Positions 26,401 to 35,949 of a DNA stretch of 64,000 nt are shown here, one piece after another. The DNA comes from Glaucostegus cemiculus (taxonomy: Eukaryota). The notes beneath the pieces were generated by a model. The model saw nothing but the letters and a program-made list of their open reading frames with translations. It made no database searches and was not told the origin of the DNA. A program made the translations under genes and the position numbers. The DNA lies in NCBI GenBank assembly GCA_976551045.1, contig CDPCPM010000043.1:9362001-9426000 (forward strand), given 5' to 3'. The first letter of the stretch is position 1; each line of letters opens with the position of its first letter.

Positions 26401-29400
26401 ACCTGACAGTGTCTCCAGTCTGTCCTCTTAATACTAGGTCTACTTTCTGTGGAGCAGCAGAAGTCAAGAGGGAACATAGTTGAGGTGTATAAAATTTGTA
26501 ACAGGTATAGATGGGGTAGACGGCAGGAAATTTTCCCATATCAGAGGTAGATAAAACTAGAGGACATGGACTTGGGATAAGAGATTTGGAGGGGATTTGA
26601 GGGGGATCTTTTTTTCAGTGAGTACCTGGAATACACTGCCTGTGGGAGTGGGGTAAGCAGAGATGCTGACAGCTTTCGAGGTGAGCACTTAAATCACAAA
26701 GGCAGAGAAGGGTATGAGCCAACTGCAGGAAGATGGGATCAATACCAATGGGTGCCCACTGGTCAGTGTGGATATGCTGGGCCAAAAGACCTGTTTCTGC
26801 ACCGTATGGTCTGACTCCATGTCATCTCAACTGCAGTATCCCGAAACCTTCTAAGAATGGCATTATTCAAGTGCTGATGGTGATTTTAAATGTCCCAGTA
26901 CAGATGTTTCTTCAGCATTGACTCACTGAAAGTGACATTGAAGTTGATAACAAGCCACCTACTTCCTGACTGCAGTTGCTGATCTTCAGCATATTCCCAA
27001 GCAGTTTCTGGGTGCTTAGAGGAACCATGTGCTAATGGGACTGTAGCTTTGAATGGCATCACTTGTTGCTGATGAGATGCTTGAGTGTCACCAGCTTGGT
27101 GTCTGTGGTCAGACTTGTTAAATATACATGGGCCTTTCCTCACTATCATCATCTTTTCACACACCCTTATCCTGAAATTCCCCTCATCCATGGAAGGGTG
27201 ATGGTCAGAACTTGAATCCTGCTTGGCATTAGATACCTATTGAATTGTTGGGCTTTGCATTACCTTCAGGGAATTGCAGAATGATATGGGAGATGTCTAC
27301 CATTTAGCCTGTAAGATGAGTTATCTCTGGTAGTGTTCTAATTACTCCCATTCTTTAAATATAAAAGCCTGCTGAGCTAATTTGTGCTGTCTCTGCAGTT
27401 CCAGGGCACAGCCACAGTGTGGTTATTCACTGGTCACGATGGAGAGCTGTGGTGCTGCTCATTGTAGCCACTGTTTGTATGTCTGCCTGTGCAGAGTTGG
27501 TGTCTGAGCACATTGACCCCTTGTTGTCCAGCCCTGCAATCTCACCGGTGAGTCATTATGCATTCCTGGCCCTTGTTCAATTGTGTGTGGTGGACTTGAT
27601 ATTTTGAGGGTAGCATCTGAGGGTAGTGTCTTTGAGAATCTCGGAACAGCTGTGGAGGGTGGCAAAAAAACCAATTGTTACAATTCTCCTCTTCCCCCTT
27701 TTTTTCAACCCCTCTCCTCTCATCCCCCCCACCCTCACCCCCCCGCACAAAGTTTGAAAAATTGTGGGCCAGAAATTGGGATTGTGGATGAAAGTAGCAG
27801 ATTCAGCAAAAGATCTGGATTGACTCGTGTGAAGAATGAGGGTGGTGCTGGGGTATGACAGCTCAGTGGATTTAATTCTAGGGGAGGTTGTACAATGGAA
27901 GAAGTGATTCTACCCACTAATTTACAGTTCCACATTTTGACACATTCCAAGTTTTGACTGAAAAAGGGAAGAAATCTGAAGCTGTCTCTATTGGTAACTC
28001 CTTCTTTTGTGCATTTATCTATTACAAACAGTACTTCCTTGGTGTAACTGTCTTGGCGATGGTTCCTGAACTTCCTGAAATAGTTAATGGAATCCAATTT
28101 GCATTGCAGAACAACATCAGCCTCAGGTAGGTGGATGGTCTTGATACGATCTGTGACAGATGGGTTTCCTTTACCAGCTGATATTGGGGAAGCTGCAGGA
28201 AGATTTTTCGGTGTATTTATTGTGTGCTTGCCATAAAGTACAACCCAGCTGCAAAACTAGAGAACCAGAAAGTGAATTGCTTAGCAGGGCACGGATGTGA
28301 TTTACTTCAGGAAGGCACATTGGTGCTCTTTGTGTAGATTTTTCATTCATCATCTTGATTTATTTCCTCAGCTTGGAAGTTGGAAGTTCCATCGCTGTAC
28401 AAGTGTGTATGCTCCAAATCCCAGTGCTGGTGCTCTTCTCAGTCATTTATGTAAGTATTTAACACCATAGGGGGGTGTGCTGATCTGCTGAAATTACTGC
28501 AAATTTCCTGAAATCCTTCTGTGACACTCCAGTCGTTCAGCAAAGGTCAGGGAGGCTTTGAGGCTGTTGTACATGGTCAGGAGGTAGCTGGGTGTGGTAT
28601 TTTGGTACAGCTTTAGTACTGGTGAAGGGGAATTGGAGAGGCAGTGATAAGGCATACCAGTCTATAGGACAGGAGGAGGAATGGTGGTGAAGGTATGGGT
28701 AAGGGGAAGAAATGGTGTAGAGCCATGGAAGAACTCATACACCAGGTCAAGAAATCTAAATTAAATGTCAAGGATGGGACCTGTTGAAGATTGATCACAA
28801 AGGGGATGATGTCTCTGGGATGCAGTACAGGAAAAAGGTGGTATTTGGGAAAACTAGCTGTGCAGGATGGAGCATAGAAAGTACAATCAGGAAGGATATT
28901 GATGTGTAGTGTTTACTCAGAAGCTGAGACCCTTTGCCAACCTGGTTTTATAAAAATGAGCATTTAAATGAGACCCTAATTGGACCATTAGGACTGTATT
29001 TAAAAATTAAATACATTGACATTATGCCAAGGCAATGGTATCAACCTCGGTAGTGACCACGTGTTATTTGCTTTGTATTTAGCCTGTAGGTTTTAATTTG
29101 CTCTTCAGTGATCTCCATCTTTGGGCATCAATATTCAGCGTCATTTTAATGAACTACATATTCATGGATGGCAAGTGTGACTATTTCCAAGGTGGGTTGA
29201 CTTTCATCACTGTTTAGATGAACAAAATAGTTCAATGTTGTCTTGGAGAATGCATCGGCCATTAGATATCCCACAATAAGTTTTGCAGAGACCCACATCT
29301 GGGAGAAGGGAAGTTGTATATTGGGGTGCAGTCAAATGTTTTGTTCCATATCAGACTTTCTGTATGTTTTATATGGTGTAGAGCTTCCTCCACATTACCC

Positions 29401-30142
29401 TGACAATGTGTTCCCCACTTATACCCAGTGTCAGCATCCAAGCACAGGTTAGGCCAGTAATTGACGTGCTGTTCTGCAGGTGGCCAACTGTACAACTCTG
29501 CCCTGGTTACTTGTCTATGAAAGTTTCCATTTATACATTTGGAGACACTCCAAAGTAGTTTGCAACCAGTGAAATATTTTTGGACTGTACACACTTGAGT
29601 AATAATCACAGCAGTGGAGTTGCGCAGACAGCTTCCACACCTTGAACAAAAAGCTGCTCTTTCATTGTGGGGCCAGGATGAAAGATAAATGTTTGCCAGA
29701 AAGATTCTATTGTTTGTCCCATTTTGTTTTGTACTAAATAAGAACCCCGTTTGAATTTCTCATGCTCTCTTTGGTTTAAGTTAAACAGAAGCAGTATTGA
29801 TTCAGTGTGATTTGATTTGTGTGAAATCCAAGTGAAGTGGGAATTGATTTTAAGGTAAGAGTTCCAGTAACACTGGGACCAAGCAGAGATCTTGAATGAG
29901 TTGTAGAATTTACCTCTGGTGTGGGGCCCTTTGGCCCAAATTATCTATATCTTTGCCAGTTAGCTGCTGAGAACAGTAATTCTTCCACTTCTCAATGCAG
30001 GTTGGTCTTTTATCTTCTGGAGTGGAAATTTGTCATCTTTTAAACCCTGATACTGACTTGTCTTGCAGGCACAGCGTTGGTGGTAGTCTACCTCATCATC
30101 ATGGCCATGTATTACTTTGCTCCATCTCAAGGCAGCTGCTGA
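5282..30142 (+). CDS. cax: Type II cation/H+ exchanger (CAX1/CAX2-like, yeast Vnx1 family), 18 coding exons, 5'-incomplete
   Basis: Spliced translation is continuous (2054 nt). It has the N-terminal AENEVEAHKLANNYKFGFKKWKSHVTERP, a YccF/DUF307-like FGWW...GIPYG...YFWPFGK segment, the alpha-1 repeat NATFGSITE, the alpha-2 repeat PELPE...SLEVGSSIAVQV, and the C-terminus DGKCDYFQGTALVVVY...APSQGSC*. The paralog (cax1 vs cax2) cannot be resolved from sequence alone. Confidence 0.93.
6248..7172 (+). mobile_element. Rex1/Babar-like LINE, 5'-truncated and frameshifted
   Basis: KFADDTT RT motif, VERIESFKFLGV, KKAHQCLYFLRRLKKFG, then a 3' UTR ending gtgacaataata. Confidence 0.85.
7984..8089 (+). CDS. 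cax: CAX exon
   Basis: catag| FGFKKWKSHVTERPWEDRSAIVKELYSDLNVIKHP |gtaacg. Confidence 0.92.
9019..9135 (+). CDS. cax: CAX exon (DUF307-like)
   Basis: tttcag| GSLVTCDNVLYVLLFGWWTALLYLLVALIMFVTIVGIPY |gtaggt. Confidence 0.92.
10601..10662 (+). CDS. cax: CAX exon
   Basis: tcccag| GKLCCSLAGYYFWPFGKVIQK |gtaagt. Confidence 0.92.
10775..11345 (+). mobile_element. CR1-type LINE 3' fragment
   Basis: YKERLDSLGLFS..R.LRG-like C-terminus plus a typical 3' tail ending ttctatgattct. Confidence 0.75.
13065..13540 (-). mobile_element. Rex1-like LINE 3' fragment (antisense)
   Basis: Minus-strand LQRLVDSAQYV...SIVKDPHH resembles the C-terminus of the 6248-7172 element. Confidence 0.7.
13602..13751 (+). 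CDS. cax: CAX exon (linker, phase 0-0, contains ETTALL)
   Basis: ttcaaag| PFMNRRKSSVRFYGESAPETTAVETTALLGGTDRADHAPSETPTAGMKYW |gtagag. CpG-retaining open frame that fits the phases of both neighbours. Confidence 0.78.
14799..14984 (+). CDS. cax: CAX exon
   Basis: ttccag| RSPSTYVWLLLGYPLLALAHGLASFIAWILVVTIPIAKLN...RPSKR |gtaagg. Confidence 0.92.
15130..16455. mobile_element. Degenerate Penelope-like element remnants with inverted termini
   Basis: Terminal motif gctggaaatctgaaa...agcaggtcaggcagcat at 15.15 kb and its reverse at about 16.4 kb. Internal sequence is Penelope-like. Confidence 0.5.
17869..17971 (+). CDS. cax: CAX exon (followed by U12 intron)
   Basis: ctccag| TDVPLDGEVVLCCYRAMNFYYYKYTVIGINVFAV-A |gtatccttt. 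Confidence 0.9.
17972..18776 (+). other. U12-type (minor spliceosome) GT-AG intron
   Basis: The 5' splice site is GTATCCTTT, the U12 consensus. Branch-like TTTCTTTAAC lies at 18756-18765, about 12 nt from the AG, with no long pyrimidine tract. This junction restores the frame (FAV-N-LLPL). Confidence 0.88.
18777..18918 (+). CDS. cax: CAX exon
   Basis: cttcag| NLLPLVVVALVLGYADTENHYASSHVKFALSILAIIPLSYYIGMAIA |gtaagc. Confidence 0.92.
20700..20900. mobile_element. Short Penelope-derived non-autonomous element
   Basis: ctggaggaactcagtgggtcgagcagcatct ... agatgctgttcaacc ... cagcatctgcagtcccttgtg. Confidence 0.55.
21377..21560 (+). CDS. cax: CAX exon (alpha-1 repeat)
   Basis: cttcag| SISAQSNFAVGAVVNATFGSITELTFYITALIKG...LLGCVLFIP |gtaagt. 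Confidence 0.95.
21855..22150. mobile_element. Tc1/mariner (Tigger/pogo-like) MITE with TA target duplication
   Basis: TA|cagtaaaattctgctaatcc ... ggttatcagagtttcactg|TA, imperfect terminal inverted repeats. Confidence 0.65.
22675..22774 (+). CDS. cax: CAX exon
   Basis: ctccag| GISMVIGGCKHQEQRFNSRSAGISSALLFISVG |gtaggt. Confidence 0.93.
23708..23826 (+). CDS. cax: CAX exon (Cys-rich loop)
   Basis: ctgtag| GVFAPTLFSKAYGNLICQGCTNSTQNESGPFECNDCHFNV |gtatgg. Confidence 0.9.
24630..24664 (+). CDS. cax: CAX 35-nt micro-exon
   Basis: tcacag| LQNNALFHSHI-CA |gtaagt. Required to bridge phase 0 to phase 2. Confidence 0.8.
25706..25818 (+). CDS. cax: CAX exon
   Basis: ctttag| QPLIHTVCILLPASYVIGLIFALKTHTHIYDIHISDCH |gtaagc. 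Confidence 0.92.
26440..26820 (+). mobile_element. CR1-type LINE 3' fragment
   Basis: ttttctgtggagcagcagaag..gaggg..gaggtgtataaaat...aaaactagaggacatgg...gggccaaaagacctgtttctg. Confidence 0.65.
27399..27547 (+). CDS. cax: CAX exon
   Basis: ctgcag| VPGHSHSVVIHWSRWRAVVLLIVATVCMSACAELVSEHIDPLLSSPAISP |gtgagt. Confidence 0.92.
28032..28126 (+). CDS. cax: CAX exon (alpha-2 repeat)
   Basis: aaacag| YFLGVTVLAMVPELPEIVNGIQFALQNNISLS |gtaggt. Confidence 0.94.
28372..28450 (+). CDS. cax: CAX exon
   Basis: cctcag| LEVGSSIAVQVCMLQIPVLVLFSVIY |gtaagt. Confidence 0.94.
29083..29191 (+). CDS. cax: CAX exon
   Basis: atttag| PVGFNLLFSDLHLWASIFSVILMNYIFMDGKCDYFQ |gtgggt. Confidence 0.93.
30069..30142 (+). 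CDS. cax: CAX terminal coding exon
   Basis: ttgcag| GTALVVVYLIIMAMYYFAPSQGSC* (TGA). Confidence 0.93.
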
Positions 30143-30712
30143 GGGTGCTTTCGCTGAATGATTTATGTGACTTGAGACAGTTTGAACAATTCTACCATAG
30201 TTATCAACAGCCAAGAATCTTCTGTTTCTGCCTAACATTGCTCAAATCAACATTAAGAAGAGTTAATGTTAGGAGTCCTGCAAGTACTTATGTGACTGAC
30301 AGATCCCTCTATCAGCACAATTTGAGGTTAACCTGTTGTATAATCATCCAACTTGTGTCTCAGTAACTGACTTCTCATTTGGTTGGGGAGAGAAGAATTT
30401 GTTTAAATGACTTCTGATTCTTCTAGGGAAGAGGTTCTGTTTTGCAAGACCCCCAGTGTTGTCTAGTGAAGTCTGAGAACTCTAACAACTACCTTACCTA
30501 AAGATTTCTGATTGTGATTCCATTGGCTGCTATTTGATTTAAATGTGATTTCCTCTTTCGTTTTGGTGGAGTGGGAGTGTAAACGAATATGCTAATAACT
30601 TGATTTAGAAACAACTTTGGGGAGAAATTGTGCATTTCTTAAATAACTTGCTGTACAATGGAAGGACTAAGTAGTCAATTGTATTTATAGAAACTTTCAT
30701 AAGTTTATTTAA

Positions 30713-30718
30713 AATAAA
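30713..30718 (+). terminator. Candidate polyadenylation signal of CAX
   Basis: AATAAA about 570 nt after the stop, in AT-rich UTR-like sequence. Confidence 0.5.
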
Positions 30719-31849
30719 ATTTGGATCTCTAATAACAACTGAAATTTAACACTTGTGAAATTATAGGTGCCTAAGCTAAAACCTTGTGGAGAGCCTATTG
30801 CAAAAGATGCCACTGTCCTGGGTTTGAGGGGAAACTATTTGCCAGGTATCTTGATGATGAACATAAACATTTTAAAAGTCTCAGCTGCCAAACTTTTGAT
30901 GTGCTATACGATTCTGACTTGATGCTTTGTAACTCTGATGGAGAGATCAAATCTTATGCAATTGATAGTGATCTTCAACCAATTCTCAAATCCACTGTGG
31001 AAATGATTCAGGTAATATGACTTTGCATCTGTTTGGAAATTAAATATGGATTTTTTAAACTTTCTCACTATCATATTCCACCCTGTACATCTACCAGGAT
31101 GTAAAAATAATCAACATTCCACATGGGTGAGAGAATCTGCTGGGACATAAGGATACTTAACCATACCCAAATCTGGATGTATTGGTTGAAACAGTTTTGC
31201 TCATGGAAGTGTGACTAAAACAAATGCAATTAATTTGAAGTGTTAGACTAAATGTTCATGATCAATAGTAACTTTTTTTACAGTGGAGTTATGTAAATAC
31301 AGTCTACCATTTTATCCTTGGATGAGAGCTCAGCTCAGCCTCAATTTTGGGTACTGTGTTGAGTCAAGTGGTAGGTAATATTGAGGCTCTAGAAGGGTTG
31401 CTTGCATTGGTTAGGGTCTTTTAAAGTCTAATTTGGCTTTGTGTATTTTAGAAAGAGGTGTGGGAGGAAATAAATTAGTCAAGCATTATAAGAAAAAGAA
31501 AATTGTACTTTCCTATGCTTCAACATCAGTGGTTAGTGAACAGGTGTGAAATTCCAAGGCAGATGATTTGTATAGGTTCTGGAAACATCTGATATACATT
31601 TTAGTATTAGCTAATCAAATGGGGTTAATGCTGTAATTTATTAACACTAATTTGGTTTACTGATGTGCAGAATTAAATGCAGGTTGCATCCTCTTCCCAA
31701 TTAAGCTTTGATTGTTGATCTCTCAAAATACAAATCTGATTTTAAAATATACCATAATTTAACAACTACTTGCATTTATAAGTAGAGGTGTGGAATGCAA
31801 TAACATGGTTATTAGTGATGTCACAGCTGGAGTATTGTACAATTCTGGG

Positions 31850-32450
31850 CATGGCCATTTAGGGAGGTTAGAGTGCAGGAGAAATTTTCCAGAATAATTC
31901 CTGAGATGAGGGACCTCTGCTTCATGGACAGACTGGAGAATCTGGAGCAATACACAAAGTGCTAGAAGAACTCAGGAGGTCAGGCAGCATCCTGCTATTT
32001 TGGGCTGAAACCCTTCAAGAGTACTGGAAAGGAAGAGGGCATAAACCAGGATAAGTTTGGGAGAGGGGAAGGAGCACATACAGGCAGGTGAGGGGGTGGG
32101 GTTACAAGTAGTTAAACATTGGTATTGAGGCCAACAGGTTAGAGAATGATGTATTGCTCTTCCAACCTGCATCTGGCCTCAATGTGGCAGTAGAAGACAC
32201 CATGGATAGACATGTCAGTATGGTATTTAAAACCAAGGGTCCAGAATGTTGATTTAAAAACCTGCTCAATGTCCAGAACCAGTGTGTGCATGATGTGATC
32301 AGCAACAGAACAAAATGGGGCAGGGTAACTTTGTACAATACAAGTAGAGGCAGCTACATTTACATTTAAAAGGTATGTGGACAGGTAAGGTTTAGAAGGA
32401 TTATAGCAAAGGTGAGCAAATGGGACCAGCCTAGATGGGAATGAGTTGGC
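31850..32450. mobile_element. CR1 fragment with nested Penelope-derived insertion (about 31935-32270)
   Basis: CR1-like flanks surround aatctggagcaa..cacaaagtgctagaagaactcaggaggtcaggcagcat. Confidence 0.5.
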
Positions 32451-33762
32451 AGTTAGAGGTGCAGTCAGCTGTGATGTGCATAAGGAAACTGGAGAAGTAC
32501 TTGAAAGGAGAAACTGCAGGGCCATGGAGAGAGGGCAGGGGAGAAGGATGTACATAATTGCTCTTGCAGGAGGGCTGTCAAACTTGATGGGTTTAAATGG
32601 TGAGCTCTGTGCTGTTTTTAAAACTTTTTTTAAAAAATCCATCTCTTGTGAAGAATTGCTATTGCAGCACCATACTCAGTATACCAAAGAAGCCATTACA
32701 ACAGGGAATTGCATACTAGGTAGAGGTAGAAAAGAATTTTGGACCAGAATACAAAATTTCAGATTGGCTGGCAAAGCTAACAAAGAATTGACAAAACTGG
32801 TTTCAGGATCCACTGGGCCAGGGAGGGGGAGGAAGTAATATGCTGTAGTAATGTAGAAACTTCACTGTTCCCTGCATCTAAAGTTTGTTTTCAAACCATC
32901 CTACTTCAGCCTTGGCATTCCCTCTTTGTGCATTTCAAACCATAATTTAAAATGTATAGAAAGGCACAGTAAGTACTGACCACTAAGACAATGATGCCTA
33001 TGCTGACTCAGTTGCTAAGGTGTATTTCACTATCACTGCTTCACCATCAACCCAAAGAATTGGTCTCAAGATTAAACTGCTATTGGCAATACAAGTAGCT
33101 AGTTTATTTGCACTGCTTTGTAGTACCTTTCTAGACACTTAAATCATACAGAAATCTGTACCATGTAAATTTAACCAATTCAGTGCAAGGTAAATCTAAA
33201 ATAGAACTGGAAACTTGCTCCCTGAAAGTTGATGCTTCAGCTCAAGACCTTTCACCAGGACATTAACCTGAAGATTCAAAACATGAGAAACTTTAGATCA
33301 GTGAACCAGGATGGGAAAGCTAGGTTGGCATTTAAACTATGCAAAGGAACACCAAGTACAAATGAACCAAATTAAATTGCATTTAGACAGCTATTGGTAC
33401 ACATTGTATGTTACTACTGAAGTCAAATCTGTAACTACAACTCTCTCCACCTTAGTCCCAGTGTGATCTGCATAAATTTACTCTGCTTTAAGTATGGAAG
33501 ATTAGCAAGATTAAGTACTGGAAAAACACTTGTACCCACAAATACTGGAGCAGTCTGCCTTGAAGCTGTAATGATCAATAAAACTCGATAATTAACTATA
33601 GAGGCAGAAGGAACCCATACAGGCTGAGAGTAGTATTTTGGGATGTTAACCACCTCTTGACAGGTGCCTTGTCACATTTCCTCAGTACCTAGTCTTAAAA
33701 TGTACACCAAAGTACTTTAAAGGTAGTGATGAACACTGAAATTCAATTGATTCAAACATGCT

Positions 33763-33768
33763 TTTATT
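33763..33768 (-). terminator. Candidate polyadenylation signal of KLHDC10
   Basis: AATAAA on the minus strand about 2 kb after the stop. A second candidate lies at 33103-33108. Confidence 0.45.
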
Positions 33769-35739
33769 AATTTTTACAAAAGGGGGGGAAGAAAACCTTA
33801 AAAAATTAAATCTGGTCATCCAAACAATTTAAAAAAGGAACTAACCCACTTATTTTGATCCCATCTTTTTTAGAATGGGTTTCTTGAATAAAGCCTCAGC
33901 TCAGTTCAACTTCTAGTAAGAGTTTAAAATTCCAAACGTTCATTAAAATAGTCTCCCTTTCAAGGAAGGCAATTGCTTCAAGACCAGAGCAGGAACAGTT
34001 CAAAACTTGATAGCTACATTCAAAGAACAGTAGGTTCAAAACAAATGCTCTCCACAAGAGGCACTGGTACCATGCCAACATTTAGCTTTCACCTTTGGCA
34101 ACTGGCAAGATAGTTGATCAGATTTCCTTCCCCCTCAGCACTCACTGGAGACCCTGTTGCTGCTTTTTGTTTTTGGGTTGTGAAAGTTCTGATTTACTAG
34201 CCACAATTACCCAGCTGTTCACAAGACATATGCCAAGGTCTATGATACTGTGAGGAATTGATGGCTGGCTGATTGACACAAGGAAGAGGTTTAAAGATAT
34301 CACAAGTGGAAGTATTCAAAACCCAAGGGCAAGACAATGAGATCTTAACTACTTTCATAGACAAGATTTACTACAGAACTAATGTGCACTGTCCACCAAA
34401 GGCTCGTGATAGAGAGGAACCCATAAAAAGGACAGTGCTGTTCACAGATGAGATTGAGCAGACCAGCCAACTATAAGATTAGAGCAAAGTCACAAAAGAA
34501 AGCTAAAACTGAAGGACATGTACACAAACTTACTTCCACTAGTTACGTTGGATGGGGTAGGGTGAGAAAGTGTCTGAACAGCCAGTCCAAAACAAAAGTG
34601 TGAGCTGATTTGCAAAAGTGAGAATTTGGCAAATTTCACTGTGAGTCATAGAAGAGTACTGACAAGTGGAGGAAGGAGAGAGGGAGAGAAACATCTCAGC
34701 AAAGGGAACAGCAGTAGTTTAGTGGGTACATAGAGAGCAAAAGGCCACAACACACTGGAAGCTTTGACCACTCTTCACCCAGTTCTCCTGGATTTCTTAC
34801 ACCTCAGCACCCTTACATCAATTAAATAGGCATTGGTTTGAATTTTGGGGATCTGGGACAGAACTCCATTGACCCAGATCACCAAATCAAATCCTAATTC
34901 TAGGCCATAGAAGGGAAGCCTAAACCAAGGAAGTATGGTTAGTCCAATATGTGGATGCTTTCTTTTACCCAAGAACAGTAATACATTTTTAAAAAGTACA
35001 CACACAAAATAAACAAACTAAACAAAATCAGCATGACTGAAACAATTAGACAATTGACATCCAGTAGGATTGGAGTAGATTCCTTAGGATTAAAAAAAGG
35101 AGTTCATGGTGATTAAAGCAACATTTAAGGCAGACACTGGATTTTTGGCTCTTGCTGGGAAGAAGATTTAAATGGAAGATTGGTGGCATGGGGACACGAA
35201 TTCCCCAAGCTGAGATGCATTTAATAAATAACAGTTGGGGTTGTGTAGGAAAGCAAAAGGTGGAAATTCAAGATCAAGACAGAAAATATTGGACATGTGC
35301 AGGTCTAAGAGCAATTGAAGTTACAATAAAAACAAAAGACCTGCCAGAATACAGGGCTCTTGAAAGAAATTGGCATGTGGAAGGGAAAAGCAGCCTTCAC
35401 CAATATCTCTCAAACTGATAAATAACTGGACGGAAATTTTAGGAATTTTAATTATAGCCCCATTCAGAGGGGGTCTCTTCTGCATCTGAAAACTGGAGCA
35501 ACCTCGGGGCAAGGACAAGTTTAAAATCAACATTGTAAAGCAAGCTCCACTTGGCTTGAGGAACAGGGAAAACTGGGATCAGTCAGTGGCACTTGATGCA
35601 AAAAGTGACAGGATGATTAGAAATATAACAGGCATCCAACACTTATGGCAGATAAGGCCTTGAGGAGTATTCTTCCCAGCAGCTTCCTCCAACGTCACCT
35701 ATATTGCAGAAGTGTATCCCTCCATCCCCTCACCAGTAG

Positions 35740-35949
35740 TCACTTAAGTCTCTCCACAAGTCCTTGTGTAAGTCCAAGATTGAGCAGCTGTGTAGTGGAG
35801 AACTGTGTTAACTGTGGAAGGCTCTTCAGTAACCTCTCCCAACAAAGTTCAAACAGGCTGGGCACCACTAGCCAGATTTTATAGAGTGAATCAGTCCGCT
35901 TATTCTCATGAATGTTGACCACGCCACCATGTACATACATACAGCCAGC
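35740..35949 (-). CDS. KLHDC10: KLHDC10 exon 10 (terminal)
   Basis: ttgcag| AGCMYVHGGVVNIHENKRTDSLYKIWLVVPSLFELCWERL...LVERLK* (TGA). Confidence 0.96.
   Translation of the reverse strand, partial: AGCMYVHGGVVNIHENKRTDSLYKIWLVVPSLFELCWERLLKSLPQLTQFSTTQLLNLGLTQGLVERLK

Noticed and set aside
32139-32838. Overlapping 167-aa and 130-aa ORFs between the genes
   Set aside because: They lie in CR1 and Penelope remnants, with no coherent protein features.
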